The translations under genes were made by a program, and so were the position numbers. This document shows, one piece after another, positions 27,259 to 36,323 of a stretch of 64,000 bases of DNA. This stretch comes from Paludibacterium sp. (lineage in GTDB: Bacteria > Pseudomonadota > Gammaproteobacteria > Burkholderiales > Chromobacteriaceae): contig NZ_JAFAND010000118.1 in NCBI RefSeq assembly GCF_019232825.1, positions 7,498-71,497 on the forward strand, read 5' to 3'. Each line of letters starts with the position of its first letter. Positions within the stretch are counted from its first letter, which is position 1. Under the pieces are notes generated by a model. That model did no database searches. It saw only the letters and a program-made list of their open reading frames with translations, and was not told where the DNA came from.

Positions 27259-30200
27259 TCAGGCGTCCCGGCCGTTTTGGGGCTGGTCGAGCCAGTCCAC
27301 CCGATTCATCTTGCGCACGATGACGAACTCGTCGCGGTTGGCGCCGACCGTGCCGTAATAATTGAAGCCATAAGCCTGTTGCGCGTAGCCGCCGATCATA
27401 TGGGTCGGCTTGGTCACGGTACGCGTCACCGAGTTGTGGATGCCGCCGCGCTTGCCGCTGGTTTCCGCGCCGGGCACGTTCACGATCTTCTCCTGGGCGT
27501 GATACATCAGCGTCATGCCGGCCGGCACGCGTTGGCTGACCACGGCGCGCGCGGTCAGCGTGCCGTTGAGGTTGAAGACTTCGACCCAGTCGTTGTCGAC
27601 GATGCCGGCGCGTTGCGCATCCTCTTCCGAGACCCACACGTGCGGGCCGCCGCGGCTCAGGGTCAACATGCGGATGTTGTCCGAGTAGGTCGAGTGGATG
27701 CCCCACTTCTGGTGCGGCGTAATGAAGTTGAGCACGATCTCCTTATTGCCGTTGGGCTGATAGCCGAGCATGGCGCCGGTGGTCTTCAGGTCCACCGCCG
27801 GCTTGTAGACGGCCAAACCCTCGCCAAAGTCCAACATCCAGCGATGATCCTGATAGAACTGCTGGCGGCCGGTGAGCGTGCGCCAAGGAATCAGCTCGTG
27901 CACGTTGGTGTAGCCGGCGTTGTAGCTGACCTCCTCGCTTTCCAGACCGGACCAGGTCGGGCTGGAGATGATCTTGCGCGGCTGCGCCTGAATGTCGCGG
28001 AAACGGATCTTGTCATGCTCGCGGCCCACCGCCAAATGCGTGTGATCGCGGCCGGTAATCTTGGACAGCGCGGCCCAGGCCTTCACCGCCACATGGCCGT
28101 TGGTTTCCGGCGCCAGGGACAGAATCATCTCCGCGGCGTCGATGGCGGTTTCCAACTTCGGCTGACCATTGGCGCCGCGGCCATTGAGCTCGCCCAGTTC
28201 CTTCACCTCATGCGCGGTTTGCCAGGCGATACCCTTGCCGCCGTTGCCGGCTTTGGCCAGCAGCGGGCCGATGGTGGTGAACTTCTCGTGAATGCGGGTG
28301 TAATCGCGTTCAACCACGGTCATCTGCGGCGCGGTCTTGCCCGGAATCAGCGCACACTCGCCCTTTTTCCAGTCTTGCGGCGCGAGCGGCTGACCCAATT
28401 CTCCCGGGGTATCGTGCATCAGCGGCGTCAGCACCAGATCTTGGCGCGTGCCGAGCACCGGCCCGCCGATTTCCGATAGCTTCTTGGCCAGCAGCTTGTA
28501 GATTTCCCAGTCGCTCTTGGCTTGCCACAACGGTTGCACCGCCTCGGACAGCGGATGGATGAACGGATGCATGTCCGAGGTGTTCATGTCGTCCTTCTCG
28601 TACCACGTGGCGGTCGGCAGCACGATGTCGGCGTACAGGCAGGTGGTGCTCATACGGAAGTCGAGCACGGTCAGCAGGTCGAGCTTGCCTTCGGCCGCCG
28701 GACGCACGGTGACTTCGGACGGCTTGATGCACTGCGTCTCGTCGTCGAACAGCGCGTTTTGCGTGCCCAGCAGGTACTTGAGGAAATATTCGTGCCCCTT
28801 GCCGCTGGAGCCGAGAATGTTCGAGCGCCAGACGAACATATTGCGCGGGAAGTTCTTCGGATTATCCGGGTCGTCGCACGACATCTTCAGGTTGCCCGAC
28901 TGCAGCCCCTCAACCGTGTAGGCCACGGGGTCCTTGCCGGCCGCGGCAGCGTCGCGCGTCAGATCGAGCGGGTTGGTTTCCAGCTGCGGTGCCGACGGCA
29001 GCCAGCCCATGCGTTCGGCGCGCACGTTGAAGTCAAGCAGGCTCAAGCCGGCATAACGGCCTTTCGGCGCGGTCGGGCTGAGAATCTCGTCGACGCCCAG
29101 CTTTTCGTGACGCCATTGACTGGTATGGGCGTAGAAGAAGCTGGTGCCGTTCATTTGCCGAGGCGGACGCTGCCAGTCGGTGGCAAAGGCCAACGGCGCC
29201 CAACCTTGTTGCGGGCGCAGCTTTTCCTGGCCGACATAATGCGCCCAGCCGCCGCCGCTTTGGCCGATACAACCGCACATCATCAGCAAATTGATGATGC
29301 CGCGATAGGTCATGTCCATGTGATACCAGTGGTTCAGCGCCGCGCCGACGATGACCATGCTCTTGCCGCGGGTGCGGTCGGCGTTGGCGGCAAACTCGCG
29401 CGCCACGGTGACCACGTCCGCCGCCGGCACGCCGGTATGCTTTTCCTGCCACTTCGGCGTGTAGGGCACGTCGTCTTGGTAGCTGTGCGCCACATTTTCG
29501 CCGCCCAGGCCGTTATCGACGCCATAGTTGGCCAGCATCAAGTCGTAGACGGTGGCCACCAGCACGCTCGATCCGTCCTTGAGCGTCAGCCGGCGCACCG
29601 GCACGTTGCGCGTCAAGGCGGCGTCGTGTTCGGCGCCGAAGTACGGAAACGCCACGCGCGCCACGTCGTCGTGATGGCCGCAAAGCGACAGCATCGGATC
29701 GACGTCCCGGCCATCGGCAGCCTTCATTTCCAGGTTCCACTTGCCGATCATGCCGTCCTGCTCGCCCCAACGCAGGCCGATGGTGCCGTTGGGCACGACG
29801 ATGTCGCCGCTCGTGCCGTCGATCAGCACCGTCTTCCAGTCCGGGTTGTTGGCATCGGCGTGACCGGACAGCTGCGAGGCACGCAGATAATGGTCGGCCA
29901 CCAGGCCGTGCTCGCCTGCCTTGAGCGTCACCAGCATCGGGAAGTCGGTGTACTGTTTGCCGTATTCGGTAAAGTAGGCGCTGGCGCCGGTGCGGTGGAA
30001 TTCGTTGAGCACCACGTGCCCCATCGCCAGCGCCAAGGCGGCATCGGTGCCTTGCTTGGGCGCGAGCCAGATGTCGCCGAACTTGGCCATTTCGCCGAAG
30101 TCGCTCGACACCGCCACGGTCTTGGTGCCCTTGTAGCGCACCTCGGTGTAGAAATGCGCGTCCGGCGTGCGGGTCATCGGCACGTTCGAGCCCCACACCA

Positions 30201-30948
30201 TCAGATAGGTCGAGTTGTACCAGTCGGCCGACTCGGGCACGTCGGTCTGCTCGCCCCACACTTGCGGCGAGGCCGGCGGCAAATCGCAGTACCAGTCGTA
30301 GAACGACGTGCAGACACCGCCGATCAGGCTGAGATAGCGGCTGCCGGCGGCATAGGACACCATCGACATCGCCGGAATCGGCGAGAAGCCGATGATGCGG
30401 TCAGGGCCGTAGGCCTCGATGGTATGGGTATTGGCCGCGGCGATGATCTCGCTGGCGGTGTCCCAGTCGGCGCGCACGAAGCCGCCCAGGCCGCGCGACT
30501 TCTTGTAGCGCGCCGCCTTGGCCGGGTCGGACGTGATGGACGCCCAGGCCTCGACCGGTCCCAGCGTCTTGCGCGCCTCGCGCCACAGCGCCATCAGCTC
30601 GCCGCGGATCATCGGGTACTTCACCCGCTGCGCCGAATAGACATACCAGGAATAAGAGGCGCCGCGCGGACAGCCGCGCGGCTCGTGATTGGGTAAATCG
30701 GGACGGGTGCGCGGATAGTCGGTCTGCTGCAATTCCCAGGTGATCAAGCCATTCTTGACGAACACGCGCCAACTGCAGGAGCCGGTGCAGTTGACGCCAT
30801 GGGTGGAGCGCACCACTTTGTCCTGCTGCCAGCGCGCGCGATAGGCGTTTTCCCACTGGCGGTCTTCGTTGACCACCGCGCCGTGGCCGTCGGCGAAGGT
30901 GTCGGTGGTCCGCGAAAGGAATTTCAAGCGATCGAGAAAGTGACTCAT
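27259..30948 (-). CDS. narG: Respiratory nitrate reductase alpha subunit
   Basis: 1229 aa. N-terminus MSHFLDRLKFLSR.., FS0 cluster motif HGVNCTGSCSW, molybdopterin oxidoreductase domains throughout. Confidence 0.95.
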   Translation of the reverse strand: MSHFLDRLKFLSRTTDTFADGHGAVVNEDRQWENAYRARWQQDKVVRSTHGVNCTGSCSWRVFVKNGLITWELQQTDYPRTRPDLPNHEPRGCPRGASYSWYVYSAQRVKYPMIRGELMALWREARKTLGPVEAWASITSDPAKAARYKKSRGLGGFVRADWDTASEIIAAANTHTIEAYGPDRIIGFSPIPAMSMVSYAAGSRYLSLIGGVCTSFYDWYCDLPPASPQVWGEQTDVPESADWYNSTYLMVWGSNVPMTRTPDAHFYTEVRYKGTKTVAVSSDFGEMAKFGDIWLAPKQGTDAALALAMGHVVLNEFHRTGASAYFTEYGKQYTDFPMLVTLKAGEHGLVADHYLRASQLSGHADANNPDWKTVLIDGTSGDIVVPNGTIGLRWGEQDGMIGKWNLEMKAADGRDVDPMLSLCGHHDDVARVAFPYFGAEHDAALTRNVPVRRLTLKDGSSVLVATVYDLMLANYGVDNGLGGENVAHSYQDDVPYTPKWQEKHTGVPAADVVTVAREFAANADRTRGKSMVIVGAALNHWYHMDMTYRGIINLLMMCGCIGQSGGGWAHYVGQEKLRPQQGWAPLAFATDWQRPPRQMNGTSFFYAHTSQWRHEKLGVDEILSPTAPKGRYAGLSLLDFNVRAERMGWLPSAPQLETNPLDLTRDAAAAGKDPVAYTVEGLQSGNLKMSCDDPDNPKNFPRNMFVWRSNILGSSGKGHEYFLKYLLGTQNALFDDETQCIKPSEVTVRPAAEGKLDLLTVLDFRMSTTCLYADIVLPTATWYEKDDMNTSDMHPFIHPLSEAVQPLWQAKSDWEIYKLLAKKLSEIGGPVLGTRQDLVLTPLMHDTPGELGQPLAPQDWKKGECALIPGKTAPQMTVVERDYTRIHEKFTTIGPLLAKAGNGGKGIAWQTAHEVKELGELNGRGANGQPKLETAIDAAEMILSLAPETNGHVAVKAWAALSKITGRDHTHLAVGREHDKIRFRDIQAQPRKIISSPTWSGLESEEVSYNAGYTNVHELIPWRTLTGRQQFYQDHRWMLDFGEGLAVYKPAVDLKTTGAMLGYQPNGNKEIVLNFITPHQKWGIHSTYSDNIRMLTLSRGGPHVWVSEEDAQRAGIVDNDWVEVFNLNGTLTARAVVSQRVPAGMTLMYHAQEKIVNVPGAETSGKRGGIHNSVTRTVTKPTHMIGGYAQQAYGFNYYGTVGANRDEFVIVRKMNRVDWLDQPQNGRDA

Positions 30949-31045
30949 GGCGCCTCCGAGAGCGGCGTTGTTTTATCACCCCCAGCCTACGCCGCACCGC
31001 GCCACCGCCCCATTCACCAAAGGCAGCAATCCACCCCGGATGGAA

Positions 31046-31064
31046 GAACTAGTCCGACTAGTCC
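31046..31064. repeat. GAACTAGTCC-GACTAGTCC tandem motif straddling the nirD stop
   Basis: Direct repeat of (G)ACTAGTCC in the 109-bp nirD-narG spacer. Belongs to the CTAGTTC/GAACTAG motif set also seen at 34029, 35633 and 39360. Confidence 0.5.
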
Positions 31065-31390
31065 TTTTGGACAGGTAGATACACCATCCCTTCGCGCACC
31101 TCGACCGGCAGCGACAACACCGAATAGTCCGGGTCCTCCAGACATTGGCCGTCGCTGAGCCGGAAACGTTGCTTTTTCAACGGGCTTGCCACCCACAGCT
31201 CGCCCTGATGCTCGACGATCAGTCCGCGCGACAGCACGCTGACATGGGCGAACGGGTCGACGTTATCAAGCGCAAAGACCCGCTCGTCGGCATAGGGCCG
31301 AAACAGCGCCACCTGGCGCGCGCCGATCAGCGCGCAAGCGCCGCCGCCCGGCAAAATGGCGTCAAGCGGACAAATGCGAATCCAATCCAT
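31058..31390 (-). CDS. nirD: Nitrite reductase [NAD(P)H] small subunit
   Basis: 110 aa from MDWIRICPLDAILPGGGACALIGARQVALFRP.. (Rieske-like NirD). It is the last 110 codons of track ORF 31058-32377 and starts 2 nt after the nirB stop. Confidence 0.9.
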   Translation of the reverse strand: MDWIRICPLDAILPGGGACALIGARQVALFRPYADERVFALDNVDPFAHVSVLSRGLIVEHQGELWVASPLKKQRFRLSDGQCLEDPDYSVLSLPVEVREGMVYLPVQKD

Positions 31391-31392
31391 GT

Positions 31393-33927
31393 TCAGTCCT
31401 CCACGCGGTGAATGGCGATGGTCCGGCGCTCTTCGAGAGCCGCCGGGCGAAGCTGCCCGCGCACCGGCACGTATTGCAGGCCAGGGTCGGCGGCGGGACT
31501 GTTGATGAAGTCGGCGAAGCGCGACGGGTGGGCCGGATCGGCCAGCGTGCGCTGCCATTCGCACTGATAGGCGGCGCGAAGCATCGCCAGATCGGCTTCC
31601 AATTGCGCGCCGAGGCCGAGGGCGTCGTCGACGATCGTCGTGCGCAAGTAATCGATGCCGCCGTCTAGGCTCTCGACCCAGGCCGCCGTGCGCTGCAGCT
31701 TGTCGGCGCTTTGCGCGTACAACATGACGAAGCGGTCGAGATAGCGCAGCAAGGTGTCGCGATCGAGATCGGCGGCCAACAGCTCGGCGTGACGCGGCTT
31801 CATGCCGCCGTTGCCGCCGACGTACAGATTCCAGCCGGCGTCGGTGGCGATGATGCCCACGTCCTTGCCTTGCGCCTCGGCGCATTCCCGGGTGCAGCCG
31901 GAGATGCCGAACTTCATCTTGTGCGGCGTGCGCAAACCCTTGTAACGATGTTCCAGCTCGACGCCGAAACCGACGCTGTCCTGCACGCCGTAGCGGCACC
32001 AGGTGCTGCCGACGCAGGTTTTCACCATGCGCAGCGATTTGGCGTAGGCTTGGCCGCTTTCGAAGCCAGCGTCGATCAACCGCGCCCAAATGCGCGGCAA
32101 ATCGCCCTTGCGCGCGCCAAACAGACCGATACGCTGCGCGCCGGTCACCTTGGTGTAGAGCTGAAAATCCCGCGCCACTTGCGCCAGCGCCATGAGGCCC
32201 TCGGGCGTCACTTCGCCGCCCGCCATGCGCGGGATGACCGAATACGAGCCGTCTTTTTGCAGATTGCCGAGGAAGGCGTCGTTGGTCTCCTGCAACACCG
32301 CCAGGTCGGGACGCAGCGCGTAATCGTTCCACGCCGAGGCCAGAATCGATGCCACCGCCGGCTTGCAGACTTCGCAACCGTAGCCTTGACCGAAGCGGCG
32401 GATGGCCTCGTCGAAGGTTTTGACCTGGTTGACCTTGATCAGATGGAACAGCGCTTGCCGGCTATGGGCGAAGTGCTGGCACAAATGGTTGCTGACCTCG
32501 ATGCCCTGTCGCGACAACTCGGCGTTCAACACTTGAGCGATCAACGGCACGCAGCCGCCGCAACCGGTGCCGGCGCCGGTTGCGGCCTTGATTTCCTCCA
32601 CGCTGCGGCAGCCGCCGGCCACCGCCGCGGCAATGCGGTCCTTGCTGACGTCGAAGCACGAGCAAATCACCGCGCTGCCCGGCAGCGCCGACACCCCGGA
32701 AGCCGGCCGCGCGCCGGCATAGGCCGGCAGGATCAACGTGTCGGGATGCGCCGGCATCGGCAGCGCGTTGCGCTTCATCTGCAACAGCTCGCCATAATCG
32801 TCGACGTCGCCCACCAATACCGCGCCCAAGAGCTCGCGGCCGTCGGCCGATACCACCAGCTTCTTGTACACGCCACCGTGGTCGTCCTGGTAGACATAGC
32901 TCTGCGCGCCGGGCGTGCGGCCATGCGCGTCGCCGATGCTGCCGACCGACACCCCCAGCAATTTGAGCTTGGCGCTCATATCGGCGCCCGTGAAGGCGTT
33001 GTCGCACCCCATCAGGTGGTCGGCCGCCACTTGCGCCATCTTGTAGCCCGGCGCCACCAGGCCAAAGAATTGGCCGCGCCAGGCGGCGCACTCGCCGATG
33101 GCGTAAATGTCCGGATCGGCGGTCAGGCAATGATCGTCGATGACGATGCCGCCGCGTTCGGCCACCGGCAGCTCGCCGTAACGCGCCAACGTGTCTTGCG
33201 GGCGGATGCCGGTGGAAAAAACGATCAGATCGACATCGAGCACGCCGCCATCGGCAAAGCGCAGCTTATGCCCCTGGCCGTGGGTGACGATTTCGCGCGT
33301 ATCTTTGCCGGTATGCACTTGCACACCGAGCGCGTCGATTTTCCGCCGCAACATCTCGCCCCCCATGCGGTCGAGCTGTTCGGCCATCAGAACCGGCGCA
33401 TATTCGATCACATGCGTTTCCAGGCCCAGCGCCTTGAGCGCGCCGGCAGCCTCGAGCCCCAACAAACCGCCGCCGACGACCACCCCGCTTTTCGCGCCGC
33501 GAGCACGCGCCTCGATCGCCTTCAGATCGTCGATGGTGCGATAGACGAAACAAGCCGGATGGGCGCTGCCGGCAATCGGCGGCACCCATGGAAAGGAACC
33601 GGTGGCCAGCACCAGCTTGTCGTAGCCGATGACGGCGCCCAGATTGGTTTCCACTTGATGCCGCGCGCGATCGATGCGCTTGACCGCCTCGCCCAGATGC
33701 AGATGAATGCCGTGGCGGGTAAAGAAGTCAGGCTTCGCGAGCGCCAAGTCTTCATCGGTATGGTGCGCGAAGTACGAGGACAGGTGCACCCGGTCGTAAG
33801 CGGGCCTCGGCTCGGCGCCGATGACGGTAATGTCGTATTCGCCCGGCCAGGCTTTGTCGACCAGCTCTTCCAAGAAGCGCTGACCGACCATGCCGTTGCC
33901 GACGACGAGGAGACGTGTGGCGGTCAT
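31393..33927 (-). CDS. nirB: Nitrite reductase [NAD(P)H] large subunit
   Basis: 844 aa. FAD/NAD Rossmann N-terminus (LLVVGNGMVGQRF), BFD-like [2Fe-2S] (CSCFDVSKDRI.., GTGCGGCVP), siroheme/4Fe-4S domain (..GCTRECAEAQGKDVGI..). Confidence 0.95.
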   Translation of the reverse strand: MTATRLLVVGNGMVGQRFLEELVDKAWPGEYDITVIGAEPRPAYDRVHLSSYFAHHTDEDLALAKPDFFTRHGIHLHLGEAVKRIDRARHQVETNLGAVIGYDKLVLATGSFPWVPPIAGSAHPACFVYRTIDDLKAIEARARGAKSGVVVGGGLLGLEAAGALKALGLETHVIEYAPVLMAEQLDRMGGEMLRRKIDALGVQVHTGKDTREIVTHGQGHKLRFADGGVLDVDLIVFSTGIRPQDTLARYGELPVAERGGIVIDDHCLTADPDIYAIGECAAWRGQFFGLVAPGYKMAQVAADHLMGCDNAFTGADMSAKLKLLGVSVGSIGDAHGRTPGAQSYVYQDDHGGVYKKLVVSADGRELLGAVLVGDVDDYGELLQMKRNALPMPAHPDTLILPAYAGARPASGVSALPGSAVICSCFDVSKDRIAAAVAGGCRSVEEIKAATGAGTGCGGCVPLIAQVLNAELSRQGIEVSNHLCQHFAHSRQALFHLIKVNQVKTFDEAIRRFGQGYGCEVCKPAVASILASAWNDYALRPDLAVLQETNDAFLGNLQKDGSYSVIPRMAGGEVTPEGLMALAQVARDFQLYTKVTGAQRIGLFGARKGDLPRIWARLIDAGFESGQAYAKSLRMVKTCVGSTWCRYGVQDSVGFGVELEHRYKGLRTPHKMKFGISGCTRECAEAQGKDVGIIATDAGWNLYVGGNGGMKPRHAELLAADLDRDTLLRYLDRFVMLYAQSADKLQRTAAWVESLDGGIDYLRTTIVDDALGLGAQLEADLAMLRAAYQCEWQRTLADPAHPSRFADFINSPAADPGLQYVPVRGQLRPAALEERRTIAIHRVED

Positions 33928-33990
33928 GGTTGTCTTTCAACAATGGTCAATGGTTTTCCACGATTGTCGCGACCCCCGGCGCCGCGGCGT

Positions 33991-34004
33991 TTGATCCAGC
34001 CCAA
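33991..34004. promoter_or_regulatory. FNR/ANR-like half-conserved box (TTGAT-ccag-CCCAA) upstream of nirB
   Basis: One perfect TTGAT half-site and 3/5 of the other. It is centred about 70 nt from the nirB ATG, with a GACAAT -10-like hexamer about 33 nt downstream of the box centre, the geometry of a class II FNR promoter. Confidence 0.4.
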
Positions 34005-34028
34005 ACCCCGCGGCCGACCCCCTCTACG

Positions 34029-34038
34029 GAACTAGTTC
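34029..34038. repeat. GAACTAGTTC palindrome (overlapping GAACTAG/CTAGTTC)
   Basis: Perfect 10-bp palindrome between the narK terminator hairpin and the nirB promoter region, followed by TTTCGAACGA, which recurs near 39366. Confidence 0.5.
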
Positions 34039-34100
34039 TTTCGAACGACAATACCCGCCGGATGGCGGGCATTGCATAGCGAGCAGGAGCGCTTGCCGGT

Positions 34101-34123
34101 CTAGGGTCTGTCTGCGGCCCTAG
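34101..34123. repeat. REP-like hairpin element, copy 3 (CTAGGGTCTGTCTGCGGCCCTAG)
   Basis: Same core as copies 1 and 2. Its right arm supplies the narK TAG stop codon on the minus strand. Confidence 0.6.
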
Positions 34124-35508
34124 CAGGGCATCGCGGCCTTGCGGCGGGCGAAACACCACCAGGTCACCGCAATACACGTCACGTAGAACAACATGAAGCA
34201 GTACAGCGCGTCTTGCGGACCGCCAGTGAGCTTCTCGGACAAACCAAAGCTCTGCGGAATGAAATAGCCGCCATAGGCGCCGATGGCACTGATGAAACCA
34301 GCCGCTGCCGCAGACTCCTTGACGCCATCCTGCCGTGCCTGGCGCTGCGAGGCTTCGTCCTTGGCCGCCGTTTGCTGGCAATGATTGACGAACAGCGTCG
34401 GAATCATCTTGTAGGTCGAGCCGTTGCCGAGCCCCGCGCAGACGAACAGCGCCATGAAGCTGCCGAAGAACAACGGCCAGTTGCCGGCGCCGCCCGCCAC
34501 CGGCAGCGCCGACAGCACGCCGAAGGCGCCCACGACCATGCCGAAGAACACCAGCATGGTAACGCGCGCGCCACCGACCTTATCGGCGATCATGCCGCCA
34601 ACCGGGCGGATCAGCGCACCAAGCAACGGCCCGAGGAAGGCGATCTTCGCCACGGGAACAAGCGGAAACAGCGTCTTGGTCAAGAGCGCGAAAGCGCCGG
34701 CAAAGCCGATAAAGCTGCCGAACGTCCCCAGATACAGATAGCACATCAGCCAATTGTGGCGGCGTTTGAAGATCACCGCCTGTTCGGAGAACGACGACTT
34801 GGCGTCCGCCATGTCGTCCATGCCGAACCAGGCGGCCAAGGTCGCCAGCGCGATCAGCGGCACCCACATGAAGCCGGCGTTCTGCAGCCACAGGCTCTTC
34901 TCGACGCCCAGCTTGACGTAGTGTTGCGCCTCGCCGCCGAAGCCGCCGAAGAGCGGCATCGTCACCGCCAGCGGAATCAGGAACTGCGCCACCGACACGC
35001 CCAGATTGCCGAAACCGGCGTTCAGGCCGTTGGCCTTGCCCTTTTCCTGCGCCGGGAAGAAGTGGGCGATATTGGCCATGGAGCTGGCAAAGTTGCCGCT
35101 GCCCAGACCGCACAGCAAAGCGATGGAGAGCATCACCGGATACGGCGTGGTCGGGTCCTGCACGGCAAAACCAAGCCACAGCGCCGGAATCAGCAACAAT
35201 GAGGTCGAAAAGGTCGTCCAGCGCCGGCCGCCGAACAGGCCGGGCATGAAGGCGTAGAAGATGCGCAAGGTAGCGCCGGACAGTTGCGGCAGCGCGGTCA
35301 ACAGGAACAACTGCTCCTTGCTGAAGGTAAAGCCGGCGTTGGGCAGGTTCAGGGTCACCATCGACCACAGCACCGACACAATGAACCCCAGCATCAGGCA
35401 AGGGATGGAAATCCATAGGTTGCGCAGCGCCACGCGACGCCCCGTGTTTTGCCAGAAAGTCCGGTTTTCGGGCTCCCAGCGCTGTAATACCGTCGAGTCT
35501 GAAGCCAT
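34120..35508 (-). CDS. narK: Nitrate/nitrite transporter (MFS, NNP family)
   Basis: 462 aa, 12 TM segments, NNP signature-like regions (..GFGNLGVSVAQFLIP.., ..GLGNGSTYKMIP..). Confidence 0.92.
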   Translation of the reverse strand: MASDSTVLQRWEPENRTFWQNTGRRVALRNLWISIPCLMLGFIVSVLWSMVTLNLPNAGFTFSKEQLFLLTALPQLSGATLRIFYAFMPGLFGGRRWTTFSTSLLLIPALWLGFAVQDPTTPYPVMLSIALLCGLGSGNFASSMANIAHFFPAQEKGKANGLNAGFGNLGVSVAQFLIPLAVTMPLFGGFGGEAQHYVKLGVEKSLWLQNAGFMWVPLIALATLAAWFGMDDMADAKSSFSEQAVIFKRRHNWLMCYLYLGTFGSFIGFAGAFALLTKTLFPLVPVAKIAFLGPLLGALIRPVGGMIADKVGGARVTMLVFFGMVVGAFGVLSALPVAGGAGNWPLFFGSFMALFVCAGLGNGSTYKMIPTLFVNHCQQTAAKDEASQRQARQDGVKESAAAAGFISAIGAYGGYFIPQSFGLSEKLTGGPQDALYCFMLFYVTCIAVTWWCFARRKAAMPC

Positions 35509-35632
35509 GTCGCTCTCCCAAGTTGACCCACGCCGCGCGTCACGCGGTTTCAGGGGTTATCGCGGGCAAGCTTAGGGAGCGGCGCGGTCTAGCGCCATTC
35601 ATCGATTGGGGAGGAAGCGGACGGCAGGCGGG

Positions 35633-35647
35633 CTAGTTTTCTAGTTC
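35633..35647. repeat. CTAGTTTT-CTAGTTC direct repeat upstream of narK
   Basis: Two CTAGTT units 8 bp apart in the narL-narK spacer, with a further CCTAG 7 nt downstream. Confidence 0.5.
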
Positions 35648-35672
35648 TAAAGACCTAGCCGTTGTCATGGTT

Positions 35673-36323
35673 TTATCCCAGGCCATGCTCGACAGCATAG
35701 ACCGCCGCCTGCACGCGGCTCGACAAACTGAGCTTTTTCAGGATGTTCTGCACGTGGATCTTGACCGTGCTTTCCGCCACGTCCAGCTTGCGCGCGATCA
35801 CCTTGTTGCTGTCGCCACGCGCCAGGCAACCGAGGATTTCGCACTCGCGCGGTGTCAGGCGCACCTTATCGCTATTGGCCGCCGGCACGCTGCCGGCGGC
35901 GCGGAATTGCTGCACGAGCTTCGCGGTCATGCCCTCGGCAATGACCGCCTCGCCGTCATGGGCACGGCGGATGGCGCTCACCAGGAAATCGGCGTCGATG
36001 TTTTTCAACAGATAGCCCCGGGCGCCGTTACGCAACGCCAGGCCAAGATCCTCCGCCTCCTCCGAGACGGTCAGCATCAGCACCGCCAGGTCCGGGGCAT
36101 CCTGCAGAATCAGTTGCAACACTTCCAGACCGGACAGGCCCGGCATGTTCAAATCGAGCAGCACCACGTCCGGCGTCAGCGCGTGCACCTGCTTGACCCC
36201 CTCGGCGCCATCGGCGGCCTCGCCCACCACGCGGATATCGGGCTGCTTGGACAACAATAGGCTGATGCCGCTACGAAACAACGTATGGTCGTCGATCAGC
36301 AACACGCGTATCGGTTCAGTCAT
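35673..36323 (-). CDS. narL: Nitrate/nitrite response regulator (NarL/FixJ family)
   Basis: Receiver (IRVLLIDDH..LLDLNMPG) plus LuxR-type HTH (LTPRECEILGCLARGDSNKVIARKLDVAESTVKIHVQNILKKL). Start at MTEPIRV (GAGGAA about 7 nt upstream) overlaps the narX stop by 8 nt. Confidence 0.9.
   Translation of the reverse strand: MTEPIRVLLIDDHTLFRSGISLLLSKQPDIRVVGEAADGAEGVKQVHALTPDVVLLDLNMPGLSGLEVLQLILQDAPDLAVLMLTVSEEAEDLGLALRNGARGYLLKNIDADFLVSAIRRAHDGEAVIAEGMTAKLVQQFRAAGSVPAANSDKVRLTPRECEILGCLARGDSNKVIARKLDVAESTVKIHVQNILKKLSLSSRVQAAVYAVEHGLG

Noticed and set aside
31391-32377. Upstream 329 codons of the 439-aa track ORF 31058-32377 (minus strand).
   Set aside because: Only the last 110 codons (from MDWIRICPLD) are NirD. 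The rest is an out-of-frame read-through of the nirB coding region with an Arg/Gly-rich nonsense translation.
8863-34123. The TCTGTCTGC-core elements as DNA uptake sequences. The core loosely resembles the Neisseriaceae DUS core (..GTCTGAA, and dialects with CTGTCTGAA).
   Set aside because: There are only three to five copies in 64 kb, far below the roughly one-per-kilobase density of true DUS/USS. The elements have hairpin arms and sit at gene 3' ends like REP or terminator elements. I retained them as a REP-like family only.
35509-35672. FNR and NarL boxes upstream of narK, and similarly upstream of narG (30949-31057).
   Set aside because: The best candidates (e.g. TTGCC-cgcg-ATAAC) match only about 3/5 per half-site. 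No TACYYMT heptamer pairs were evident. This is too weak to annotate without a position weight matrix scan.
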